DNA from: Iphione sp. A-MEVVRFRX5
Lineage: Eukaryota
Assembly (NCBI GenBank): GCA_976226885.1
Contig: OZ320317.1
Coordinates: 59,644,001-59,708,000 of the forward strand
Reading direction: 5' to 3'
DNA: 64,000 bases
Each line of letters begins with the position of its first letter. Within the stretch, counting starts at the first letter, position 1. Below, in pieces: positions 24,335 to 37,286 of the stretch. The position numbers were made by a program, and so were the translations under genes. The notes under the pieces are model-generated. The model was given only the letters and a program-made list of their open reading frames with translations. It was not told the DNA's origin and did no database searches.

Positions 24335-24444
24335 ACTATAAGATAAGTCATTCACTGATCGAGGGCCTGGTTCTATCTTTGCATGGTCCCCTTCTGCTGT
24401 TGTTTGGTTGCCTGTGCAATGCAGCTGTTGGCAAGCGATAGCTT
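24335..24444 (-). CDS. Possible further upstream exon of the PKD1-like gene
   Basis: ttcatag| acceptor and AGT|gtgagt donor. Only one frame is open (phase 1 to 0, compatible with the 22682 exon): (E)AIACQQLHCTGNQTTAEGDHAKIEPGPRSVNDLSYS. No diagnostic motif. Confidence 0.35.
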
Positions 24445-25221
24445 CTATGAAGCGGCAAAGCAGACAATTACAACGTCCCTCAGCTGCTCGGAAGAGGAAA
24501 CAGATCCAGTTAGCTCGGTTCAATGTTTTGCGTGTTACCATCCATGTTTAAAATCAGCGTAAATGGCGTTACGTAAGAATGGATCTTTGTACGTCCCTGA
24601 AATGCTCACACACTAAAACTAGCGACTACTTGAACTGTCAGAGAGGAGAGGCAATGTGACCTACGTCTCATCCGAAGGAAATATCAATTTCATGGACAGT
24701 CAGTGTATACATGACGGCGATGTAATCCAAATCGATTATAAGCGTTGAAATCATTGTACATGCATTGTGCATATTTAAAATCTTAAAAATCAGTATAAAA
24801 TTTAAAAGACACAGAAGCAAAGGTCTCCTGTATACCTAAGAGAAAGGGGTGCCATGAAGCTGTGAGTAGGGAAGCGTTACTGTTGGAGCTAGCGGTGGTA
24901 GAGGCGCCGTGTAAAGAACCAGCGGCCGACTTAGCATCCATTGCCCTGCTTAGCGGTAAATCGCTTCTAAATCCATGTCACGGCACCCTCGCCCACGGGG
25001 TGTCTAATGCTTGCCTGGCAAATCTCACGGGTGGAACACTCAATTTAACACGGACGTGCGGATGACAGGGAACGGTCAGCTCGGAGGAGACACCAAATGG
25101 GTAAAAATGGGCGTGTATTTCGTGACAGTATCGTAGTTGCAGTCGAGAGGCTGATAAGAATTTAATATGCAATACGTATGTAAAACGTGTGTATGTGATG
25201 AGGAACAGAGTTGGGGAATGG

Positions 25222-25223
<2 letters not shown>

Positions 25224-25282
<59 letters not shown>
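25224..25282. repeat. (GA)n microsatellite
   Basis: Uninterrupted GA run. Confidence 0.95.
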
Positions 25283-25285
<3 letters not shown>

Positions 25286-27061
25286 AAACTAGAGGATGTA
25301 GTAAGAAACAGGAACCGACCCATCAATCCTTCCTCTTCTTAACCATTTCACTCTTTTAACCATAAAGCTGCCCCTATACCCCGGTGGTGTGTTTACCATG
25401 AGATATGTACGGTGTGTATTTCAAGCGTGTGTATTCAGTTGTGTAGGTGTTATCTGCTGTGTGCCTGCGAGAAGAGGGGTGTCAAGAGGCACGGGGCTAA
25501 GCTAAGTATCGAATCAAAGGCTATGCCCTGATGATGAAGGGGGTTGTGGATCGAGGCTTGGACACGATCCTTGCGCCCGACGTTGAGGAGGGGGTGAGCG
25601 TAAGTTCTGGAGAGAGTAGGGGATAAGGATGGGCGAAACATGGGCCCTTGGTAAGAGGGAGCGTGAAGGAGCGGGCGGTAAGGAGTAATGAAGCGCCGGT
25701 AAAGGCTTACGGATGAAAAAGGAGGGCTAGGCCTGGAGAGAGGCTTGGATGGAAGGTCCGCGATATGCTGAAAGGTGATTGAGATGGGAGCGGACAGAGA
25801 AACAGCACCTGACCCGCTGTCCCTAAGGCTGGAAGAATTGGAATGGTTGGAAAGTGTCGACACACAATGGGCGGGGGCCCCACGGATATGTACATCAGGA
25901 CAGAGGGGGAAAAGTAGCCTATGCGAAAAGGCGGGGTGTGTGTGTGTAAGAACCTCCCAGGAGGCGTACAGACGTGGAAAGGGGTGATGCTATGGAGGGG
26001 AGATGGCCGAGCGAGAGGGAAGGCGGCTGATTTAAGACCAGTAGTGGACGCTGAATGATTCAGAGAGGGCGGCAGGGGTGGTGGACCCAAGCCCTGATGT
26101 CGCACGCATAAATCAGGACCATGCTGTAGCCGGAGCTGTCAGGGCTCGGCCGGGGCGGGTTCGACACGTAGTCAACATGGAGGTTTTAACATGGGGCAGA
26201 CCCGAACGAACTGCTAGCCCATCATAGCCTTTCAGAGGAAAGAATGCCATCAGCCTGGTTTTATTGGCCTGGTTTACGGAGAGAGATGGTACCATTCATC
26301 ATGTTCTGGGAAGCCCTATCATTAGAAATGATCTGATATTGTAGCCATCATATTAGAGAACTAGGATTTTGAGGGTAACCTGGCATGGAGTAAAGGACGT
26401 GAACACATTTCTCAAGCAACACATCGATCGATCAGTATGCTCTCCCAGGACGGTCTCCATGCGTGTGATAGTCTGATAGGGTCATTTTCTAACGTATTCC
26501 ACCTTAGTGCTGGGTCCTGATTCTTTTTACCCATTATGGAAATCCGTTCACTTAGATCAATTAAAATCTCTACATATTTGCATGCTAGAGAGTGAAATGA
26601 TATATAGGTTGATATCTAGCCCTTGATGATGAAGTGACGTCAGTAAATAAGCCCTGGGTCTCCTATTAATCAAATGTCAAACACAATACCTCTGCATGTA
26701 ATCCAAGTACACACAGCCCCTTCCGGCAGACGTACAGTAGATGGACTGCCATCAAGTCTGGTAATATAATGCACGTATAATACAAACCATGAATAAAGAC
26801 CACTAAGGCTTGATTTGCTTTGCGGTCAGAGGCAATTTCATATTAAAAAGCATTGCATCTTAAGATCCAGTACGAGTTGCATGTCATATTTACCCCTTAC
26901 GATGCAAACTTGTAAACAAATATATTTTCTTCATTCAGGCGTTTAAGTTAAGTGTAACTGATCACGAGCTGGCTTCGAACGAGTAACAAATAACCACAAG
27001 AATGATTCCTCATGTTTAAACACATTCAACATTACCACGTGGCAAATAGTTCGATTTGAAG

Positions 27062-27075
27062 GTCGCCATGACAAC
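27062..27075. promoter_or_regulatory. RFX X-box-like site
   Basis: GTCGCCATGACAAC. Confidence 0.45.
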
Positions 27076-27680
27076 CGCTGTTTGAGGTTGACGCGCCGAT
27101 GGTGCCCGTGCCCATTAACATGCTATTAATCATGTAATTCGATCATGCTGCATCATGTAACTTTTGGGCGCCGGCCAACTGGTAGGAACCTGCGTCCCCC
27201 TCGTCCCCCCTTCCCCTTATTGACGTTAGAAACATCATCCGTAGCACTGGTGCCGGGCTCTTGACCAATCCCCTCACCTGATATTCCTACGGGACAACAG
27301 GCAAAACTAGTTTTCACGGATATGTATGTCATGTACCTCGAGGTACCGTCTCAATTTACTCATAGATTGCTTCATTACTACATCACCTTCCTCACAGGCT
27401 ACCCATTATATCTCATCGTCAGTGCTGACACCTAACTGTGGCTGGTATGTTGGGTTATTTTGTCCCCATCGCCGCTTTGAACTGTTCACTGGAGAACCGT
27501 GAGACAATAGCGCACTCTACGGGTAACCTCTACATGCCGTGGTGAAGTGAGTGTATGCCCTAACGGCCTATTCCTTGCTTCAACTCCAAGCGCATTTGGG
27601 AACCGAAAGTTCTCCGTCAACCCAACCGTCGTCGTTCCCTCCAAGTCCAGCAGCTGCCAAATGAATTCTACCCTCCCCCC

Positions 27681-27681
<1 letters not shown>

Positions 27682-27711
<30 letters not shown>
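27682..27711. repeat. (CA)n microsatellite
   Basis: Uninterrupted CA run. Confidence 0.95.
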
Positions 27712-27715
<4 letters not shown>

Positions 27716-30700
27716 GACTTCCCCCGCTTCTCGTCCACCGCCACCTATCTGTATATTTGCCAGTCCGCAGGTGACTCGCGCGGATCGTATAGCACAAGTC
27801 TAGACGGCGTGGTAAAACTAAACTCCCCCGACGTTTAACATATCACTTCACCAGTTCAAATGACCGGCACGATCCAACACGTCCTCCGCCTTGTTGTAAC
27901 ACAGCTCTAGGTCAAGGACATTATACCACCCCCCTACATCCCTCCATCCCCACTATACCGGCAGTAGTGAGGATTTGGTGGATCCTGACCAGGTTGAAAC
28001 GTGTTAGGATGGCCCGGGTCAGGTCTTCTGTGGTATGAAACGCTGCACTAAGGCTAAAAGCTTGGGCTATGTTAGAGTAGTTTTCTCACCAGGCTGTCCA
28101 GGGGAGAAGTGTTGGTGCACTGGTAAAACATTTCTTAAGGAGACCCGCGGAAAAAAAGTCAGGTCATGATAAAAATAATTGTATTTCTACGGGTGAGAAA
28201 GGCCATATCTGCCTTTCGTCACTGCAGTGTAACTTTATGGAGCCAATGAAGTTGTGTTAGAAGACGATGTACATATACAAGCAATCGTCCGTTCTAATGG
28301 GACTAACAGTTTTATTTGAAAGTATAAGACTCACTCTACGTGACTAGGACGATAAAGGATGATAAATATCATTCGAAACGTACAAATCGATACTCAAATC
28401 AGTGTACATGTATTATCAAGGAGAAGAAGTTAGGATTTTATATATTAGGTCAACAGATTAGGAATTCAAATAACTGCCTAACCATTCTTGCACGGTACAT
28501 AGGACTCTTCCGGTAAAGATCCAACACCAATCTACGATTTTTCGTTTTTATATATTACAGATTTTAGTATATTGCAAGCCTCACCGCTACCTGCTCCATA
28601 CAACACGAAGGGCATTTATATGTTTATGTCAGAGTATTAACGTGTGACTAGATGAATCCCCCTGGCAACTGTTATATGTAGGCAAGGGACGGGGACACAG
28701 AGTATCTGTTCCCTTGAGGTCTGCCTGCCGCAAAGGCGAGCTGGAGCCCAGGACAGGAAGTCATCAGGCCGGAGTGAGATCAGCATCACTAAACGGTTGG
28801 TGCTACTCGACGGCTCGGCCGACAGATGGCGCCTACAGCGCCAATAAGACTTGCCGTAAGACCTGCTGCTGGTGGTGCCGTCGCCGCCGCCATCGCCCGC
28901 TCAGCTCCAATGGATGACAATCCATCAGTTCTGATCAGCAGGCGCGCCTCAAAGTGTCCGCCGTAGGAGACATTAACAGGATTACCCGTGGCTTTTTCCA
29001 TCTCCAGCAGCGTCTTGCAAACAGGCGCTCCCCTAACAAGAGCAATATGCCTGCTGATGGCAGAAACCTAATTATCCTCCTCCTCGGGGTGCAGAGATCA
29101 GGATGCCTCATCTCGCTAACTAACGGAGTATATTCATGTACATATCTGATAGTGGAAGTGGAGAGACAGCAAGGGAGAGAGGGCGCCCGGCAAACACAAG
29201 AGACTAGAAAGAGAGATTGGAAGAGGGGCGAACAGAAAACGAAAAGAGCGTCATGATAACAGGAACAGTGAGAAAAAAAGTGAATGTGAAGGGCAGAAGA
29301 ACAGAAAGCGGAAGGAGAGGGGAAAAAGAGGCAAATGAGGCGAAAGCAAGACGGCAGTCGCAGAAAGCGAAATGGGGAAAGATAAGGACCGCGAGAATGG
29401 ACTCTGCGCTACGCTAATATGCACTCTATCACTTCCCACCAATTCTGCCTGGGTTCCTATCAAAAGGCCTACGGACCACTATCTATGACCTTCTTAACGC
29501 ACTTTTCCTCCAGCAAAAGGGCTGTGTCCACCCAGCTTTGACAGCCTTTATCCTTGCAGAGAAGCGACGACGTTTAAAGTCTGCTCATGGCTGCAGCTTG
29601 TAGAGTCAGCAATTTCTCACCCAGGAAGACGTACCCGTGAATGGCAATCTTTTGGCGGTTTCGTTGCCGGAAAGGGACGCTCTACGCTGTGGAAGCGGAA
29701 ATGGAGCCATGGCAGGAAGTCTGAATCCGCCGGAAGTCACTTGACGGTATTGCTCCTAAGTACAGAAGCCTAGGAGCACCAAGTCCGGGAATGCTGGCCT
29801 GAGGGACGTCAGGGGGGACCAATGCTGCAACCAGAGAGGTCCATAGAGGGGACTGGAGAAGGAACTAAGAACTCGAGGAGCTGGAAGAATCATGGGCAGG
29901 ATGCACACCTATAGGTAGGGGGACGCTGTTCAAGAGGGCAGAGACAGACTAGCTCTAGTAGGAGCGCATGGATTGATTAAACAAGGGATGAAATGGACGA
30001 CAGTCGGGCCGGAGACGCAGTATATCCGCTATAATGGTATTGAAACGCAGCCCTGCTATGAGAGAAGCAAAACGTTAAGCCCGACAGAGATAAAGGAGAT
30101 GAAGGAGATTCTTCATCATTAAAATTATAGAGATTGAAACCTGAGGAGAGAGATAGTGTAGACAGGAATGGGAGAGGGGTATAGAGGCAGAGACCTAACG
30201 AAGAAGGTGATTGAGGTTAATCGTCTTGTTCTCTTTGTGGTAAAAGCCAGTCAAACCAAAGTCTGCCGCAGGCAGAGATAACGTTACTGAAGTTTCCACA
30301 GGCCTCGAATCTCTTTCAAGTTGCGAGGAGAAAAAGATGTTGCAGTGGTGATTATTAGAAACGGCTCACAAGGCGACAGGGCGCTTTAAAGAAAACACCG
30401 GTCGGAGAAAGTATCATTCGCTGCACCCCGTTGTCTGACCGTTAGGTTAAGGACTATATTTACATATAAATGTGACGAGCTAAGGTTGACAAAATACATG
30501 TGTATACCACGAAGACACCACATTTATTATTGTAATAACAAAGGCTCACTTTAGGATAAATCCTCACTCAATAATGAATGATTCCTGGATTTTAACAAGG
30601 GGAATTTCATTCATTTTCTGATCACCATGCGCCTAATCCTAGTTATTTCGACATTTCTTTTGAGTTAAAACTTGTGTTCGTTGGTGCGTAATGTGTACGC

Positions 30701-33700
30701 ATGTGTGTGTCCAAGCGAAAGACGGCGCATTTCAAACACCCATCCGTCACTTTGAAAGAGGGCGCAGGCATTAGTGTGCGTCTGTATGTGTATCTATGTA
30801 GTTGCGTCTGTTAGCCTCCCAGTGTGTGTGGTGGAAGTGCCAGTATCGATATCTGGCTGGCGACCGCCAGTTATGGGGAGAGGGGCAGGACCCGGAGGAC
30901 TGAGAAGGTCGGAGTTAAGAGGGTCGCCCTGCTACCTACCACCCCTGGGCGCACACTGGAATCCACTTTCCGCGCTCGGTACAGCTGCCGCTGTTGTTGG
31001 GCACAAGGATGGTGTTGGGCAGTAGTTGCCGGGCTATAGACCGCCTCCAACCAAGGTTCGGTATTCATCGGGCTTGCTCGATGGTGGGTAGTGTTATGAT
31101 CTACAGCAACGACAATGCCACCTGACGTTAACGTTGTGTGAAAACATGAAATACATTACCAGGCCTACGTGCCGGTAGAAAATGATGGTCTTACTAGCGC
31201 TGTGGATGACACAGTCGTACACAATTCATACATTAAAACATATATATTTTAGCAAGTAACTGTACCTGTACAATAGTCCTTTCATCTTATTACGTACGGA
31301 CATATTTTCAGCACGTAGTAATAGCAGTAGAATGAGGTCATATTGTGGCAGTCTAAACGAGGGATCCAGTTCTCGTGTGTCTCCTCCTTGAAAGAATCCT
31401 GGGTAAAGAACAGACCATATTCCGCCTTTACAATGGAACCGCTACGGAATAATTACGTAACATTTGTTAAGCAAATGCAGTAATTCCGAAAGGAGAGCTA
31501 CACTTGTGGATGTGCTGCTGTCCAAAGAAACGGATAAGCCGAGGCCTATGGAGTCCAGGTCGGCGGTAGTTTGATGAATATCGTTCAAGTGTAGCTGTCA
31601 CGGCATCCGAAGTGACATTAATTTAGCTGTATGAGCGGGAGCGAAAAAAAAGCACACATCCCCGTCTTATTATTCTCATCTAGCGGACCGGAAGCGACGG
31701 GTTGCCCTCTTGTGGTCGGGTTATCAACTAGCGGAACGGTAAGTACGCCTAGATAAGCCGGCTGTCCCTCTTTCTCCTCTTATCAGCGCCACTTCCTCGC
31801 CGCCAGCGCCGACCGCGGGCATCAGTTGCAACCCCGGCCAGCAGGGCTGTAATTCTTCCAGGGAGCTGCCTGCTATACACTACGTTAAGTGCACGACAGT
31901 ATTTCTTCACGAGAGGCAGTTATAACTCCTTGGATCCTGCTGCTTCCCAGGCGCCTCATGGCTCTGTCGAATTAGCCCTGGGCCTCTGGAGTGTGGCCGC
32001 CTTCTTGAGAGAGGGAGGGGGGGAGGCTGTTTGGACCATGTTAACCATGTAGGCCGTGAGATCGTCTGGATATACAAATGTACTCCACTCGATACTGTAA
32101 AATCTTTCATGAATTCGGTATCTCTTTGCCTTTGCTTAAATGGAACAAACCGTTCAATGTCAATTCACATACAATGTTCTGAATCCTTGTTGGCATTTCT
32201 TTATAAATGTTCAGTAACAAATGCGACGGATAAGAAGGTTTCCTTGCTAAGATACACATCTTACGAGGACACATGCGCCTATGTGATACGTGATGGGCCT
32301 CCGTTTCTTTGTTCCATCAGTAGCATTTTATTTCTCATACAAAGGATAATGTAGATTGTACGCCTTAACGGCAACAATACAACGTAGACTAAAAACACCA
32401 TTCATATTTGTAAGACGAAATCGCAGTCTGTCTTCAACACAGTGGAAGAATAGGTAGAGCTACGCATGCGCCTTTTAGACAGACTGTAGGAAACGTACAT
32501 TAGCAAACGCCAAAGGTAGCCCTCTGACCAAGGGGTCACCACCCGTAACCAGCACTCCTCTAAATTGAGAGCATTGCTTTCCTTGGGGTTTTCAAGGCAA
32601 AGTACTACCCACCTCACGCGGATCGGATCCCTGCCGAACCCTACTAAAACCTCCTCTTGCACTCACCTACGCCTCGCCTCCCTTTTCTGACTGGGGGCCT
32701 CATCCGTTAGAACTTCGTGACGTGAATTCTTTCCACTTTCAACTACACCTAAGCGGACGCATTTGGCGCCATTTTGAATTTACTATCAGCCTTCAATGCG
32801 CTTGCTCAGCCGCGCCGCCGTCTTTCTGCCGCAGCAGCCAGGAGGCGTTATTTGCGGTACCAGCCGGCAGAGGGGGTGACGGGAGCGAGGGGGATATGCG
32901 GCGATCATGAATGTTACTACCGCGTAAGTAAGAGGAATTAAAGATGCGCGCGGGCGGCTGATGGGCCACCGCCGCCGCCTTATCTGCACGCCGGTGGCAG
33001 CGTGAGACGCGTGTAATGCATACCAATCATGGAAGTGCGGCTTAGGGAAACGACGGTTAAGGCTGAGCCCGAACATCAAGGCCAGCCCGCTTTTCCTACC
33101 GTCTTTCCCCCCCCCCCTCCCACAATCGCCTGCTTCGCTGTATGCACCGACCTACCACCACACACTCACCCATCCACCCTCTCCTACACACCACCCCTAC
33201 ATTCTCAGCCCTCCAGGTCCCTTGCAAAGCGGCCAGTAGGACCAGCACAGTTCGCGCTACTTATCACTCTCGGTGGCCCGACTCCCCATTGCCCTGCCAG
33301 GCTGTCCCGCCCACTCCATTGAACTCGCGGCCCAGTGGCTTCCTTTTCCACCCATTCGCCCTCACCATGGCTACTCCAAGTGGCTTCCTGAATGGCTTCA
33401 CTTGGTCAGCTCGCGCCAGAAATGGTGTGTTAGAAATTGTTGTTAAATGTTGGACTTTCAATTCCGTTCCTTTTTTTTGTTTTCCGCTTGACCCTTCAGT
33501 CTACCACTACACACGAAAACAGGCGTCGATTTCTATATAAAGCAGAACTGCGATCCCATAATGTGAAGTCTGCCCAACACGAGAAACGTCCACTGTGATT
33601 AAAGGGGTGGTTTAGCACATAGAGTGCGCCACCTTATGTATGGGATGGACAATTAATCACCTACTGCTATCATAATAACAGTTGGCCTCATGAATGCAGG

Positions 33701-35045
33701 ATGCATCTGGGCAGGCCAAGGTGAAGGGAAGGAAAGGAAGCAAAGAAAAGCTAACAGTCGGATACTACCACGTGATGCCATGTCTTACGATTCGCTCTGC
33801 TGCTCCAGCCCGGTATGAAGCAATCATGACGCAAAGACATCACTAGGGGGGCCTGCCTGGCGGAGGTAATTGGGGAATAAAGCAACTGTCCCACCGCCGA
33901 TCAATCGCCGCCGGGCGGTGGCGCTACGGTTCTGCTGTTTATCAAAGCCCCAGGCAATGCTTGATGCCCGAGTCTGGCGTACCGCTCAGTGGTGGGTGGC
34001 GGTGGTAGTACTAAGTGAGCGTGGAGAACATGGCTGTCATGGGAGTGACTATCGTCAGTAGGTCTGACTGACAGAATCGTTTTACACGGTGCAACAGGGC
34101 ATCATGGATATGACCATAAGTAGTCCAATCGGCGAATCACACGAGCCTTTAGCCACATGCTCTGGTGTAGCCTGAATTCGTGTAATAGCCACTACAGTAT
34201 TCAAACACATTCAATCTTGGATACTACTGGCGGGCTCTATAACTGACCTTTCACTAACATGTATGCAAAAGAGAAAAAATTATACTATTCATGGCTGCGC
34301 TATAACAGAGACCAAAGTTTACAAATCAGGCATAATGCCCTTCTCAATGCTGTTACTCTGATGTCACCTTGGGTCACTGCTGTAACTGTTCAGTTTGGAT
34401 TCTAGACCACCGCTTAATACTGTACATGTACCTCAAGCTATACCACAATCTGCTAATAGATGCTTAGACAGTCGTGCTGAGACAGTCTTATTGACTGTAT
34501 CAGGTGTATGTGTCCGACCAGATATTACCTGCTGTATCGAACTACCTTCAGAGCTATTTGAGCAACGCTCGAAATAGAATGCAACATTCAGAAAAAAAAG
34601 AAAGAGGAACATTACGCTTTTTTCCCATGATCGTTCCAGTCCATCTGGAGTAAGTCACTCGGGATTCATATATAAAGAAAAGGAAGAGATCCACGGTCGA
34701 TATTTGTTGTGAGGTCGTGTGCTAGTAGAGTGGCCTATTATACCAACAGTAAAGGCACAGGAGGCGACTGGCGCCGATGTTGTGCGAATTCTATGCCTGA
34801 GAACAATCCCCTGCTTTAAGGCTTCTTCGGCTATGCCTCGCTGGATTTCGACAATGAGAATACAATCGGAAACTTACCACAGGTGCATTATACACACACA
34901 TACATACACAGAAACACACAGAAATGTTAGCTAACACACACATTAACCCCTTCTATATGTACCATGCACCTTGGCGGAACAGGAAGCAAATGGAGGGTGC
35001 GAGCCTGCCCCCCCCGAACCACTTAGAAGCGAAACTATAGGTATT

Positions 35046-35059
35046 GTTGTCATGGCGAC
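35046..35059. promoter_or_regulatory. RFX X-box-like site
   Basis: GTTGTCATGGCGAC. Confidence 0.45.
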
Positions 35060-37237
35060 AGCCTCCAGGTAGCAATGACTATGTCAACGCAAGCGTGAAT
35101 AGTCAGCTACAAATAGGTATCCTCTAACAAGGCCCCGGGCCCTCTCAGCATCAGAGTCAGCAAATGTACTTTCTTTGATATCACGCCATTTTATGTGGGG
35201 CTTCCTAAGCTTCGTCACCTGAACCTGTAGATCAGACCACCTTTAAAGGGAGACATTACTTCTTACACCTATGGGGGTCTAGCCAATTTGAACCGAACAT
35301 CAATTTCTCCGTCCTCCCGGCATTCTAAATCTGTTATATCTAGGTATCATTATATAGTGTCTACGTATGAGAAAAAAGAAAAGCAAGCAGAAGGAGCGAA
35401 TCGGCATTTGTCTATACTTCAGCATTATTTCATGATTCAGTGGTCGCCCAACTAGCACGCTTAATCGTCGCTCTATATAGGACCTAAGAAGCATTACAAG
35501 GTGGGGGTCACATTATGTTTACCATGGGAAATACGGGAGCTCAGGGACGATCACCACAACGACGTGCCGTTCGACTGAAGTGGCCGATGGAATGGCTGAG
35601 ACTGGATGGCGTCTGAACGTTAAAACGCAGGCCCTCTATCCATTACGCCCATTACTCCACTATCTGGTTGGCCTTCACACAAGACCTCATAGCACGGAGA
35701 CATATGTGCACCCAGGAGGGCAGGGAATGGTGGCTGGGTGGGTGAGTGGGTTGATGAGTGAACCTAAAGAATGTGGCGTTGGATGGGGTGCGGGTAGCAT
35801 AGGTGGGGAGCCATTGGGAGGGGCGGGGGAGGGGGCGGAGAGAATCGGGAGCACTAGCCTAGGGTGATCACTTGTCTATAGACCGTCTCTGACGATCCAT
35901 CCCGACCCTAACCTCCCCACCGTTCTCCCCGCCGGCCGCTCCAACCGTTACCCCCATCTCGTCCTTCACTTTACGTTCAACTCCTTCCCTCCGCCCCTTC
36001 AGGCGTCGACAAAAGCTACCACCCTTATCGCCGAGCAGCAGGAGACAATGGTAGGCCAACAAGGGGAAGCTTCCCACCAAGCAACCCTCCTCCTCCTCCT
36101 CCTCCTACATCCTCCCTCCCACCCTGCTCCAGTATCTTCACCGGTAGATCGATCACTGGTCGCCGGCAGCAGCTGGGTTAAGGATGACACAAGAGGAGGC
36201 CGCGCCCAGTGTGTTTGCTGCTCTAAACAGAAGACAAGAACTAAAAGAGGAGCATGGTATATTGTAAGAAGCAGGACGGCTTGCCAGAAGAGGTGACATA
36301 CGCACTTGAAGTGGCAGGGGTAATGTAAAAATTCAGAGTATACACACTGTCTCCAGACAGTTTTGATATTCTGCATGAAGCAATAATTTGATCTAAACTG
36401 ATCAGCCGCTTCAGTGCTTATAAAATAGAATAATATATACATTTATACACCCAAAGTTAAATGATGAACACCGAAAATATTTCTGAAGCTTTTTAAGTGC
36501 TCCCCAAAGCATATGGGGAAATACTTTATAACTAAGGAAACATCAGTTCCGAAAAGAAAGCAAATAATATATTTACCACCCTTCGTCTCAGAAGGAATAA
36601 AAGCTGTATGAATTAAACACCTCCCAAGAATACTTTGTGTCATGGGAAAGGGAGTGATCGTTGTCTTGGGATTAGACTAAGCTGTCACATATATCCATGT
36701 TAAGGACAAAGATATATTGCCCACAGCCAGCAGAGTAACTCAAGTTTTTTTATTGGCGCAATAGAAAAAGTAACAGTGGCGCAAGAGATAAAAATGTGAG
36801 TCTCTTATCTCAGCAAAGACACTTACTTCATAAATAGCCAGCTGTCAAATTAATGCATTTCTGTCACAATATAAAATAGGCCGGGACTTTGTGAGGACTC
36901 TGCCAGGCTCTAAGGAGAGCAATGTAATGACTGATGCATAATGCGTATGGCTTCAAAACAAAAGGGACGGGCGGGAATTAATTCTAGAGTTCTGAATTCT
37001 CTACTATATAGATGCTAACACAGACATAAAGCTGGCTCGTCCCTGTTGTAGTGCGATGTGACAATGTTGTATCCGTCCACCCACAAGGGACCTGATCGGA
37101 TCAAAGTGGTCACTTCCGACAGCTTCGCCGGTCCTCTCCCGGCCCGAGCCTCCACGGTCTCCTAACTCACTCGACCACCCGCCCCTTTACGAAGCTCCGC
37201 AACACATACGCACTGTCACACAGGAACCTCATCCACC

Positions 37238-37286
37238 CACTCACTCACCCAATCACTCCCACTCACTCACTCACTCACTTGCTCAC
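37238..37286. repeat. Imperfect (CACT)n tetranucleotide repeat
   Basis: cactcactcacccaatcactcccactcactcactcactcacttgctcac. Confidence 0.8.

Noticed and set aside
31290-31455. Minus-strand open stretch GSIVKAEYG...ENWIPRLDCHNMTSFYC, vaguely C-type-lectin-like
   Set aside because: Weak splice sites, core lectin motifs missing, and it cannot be chained to neighbouring exons.
31684-31738. Plus-strand 55-nt exon-like cassette (ctcatctag...ACG|gtaagt)
   Set aside because: Isolated, with no partner exons or recognisable peptide.
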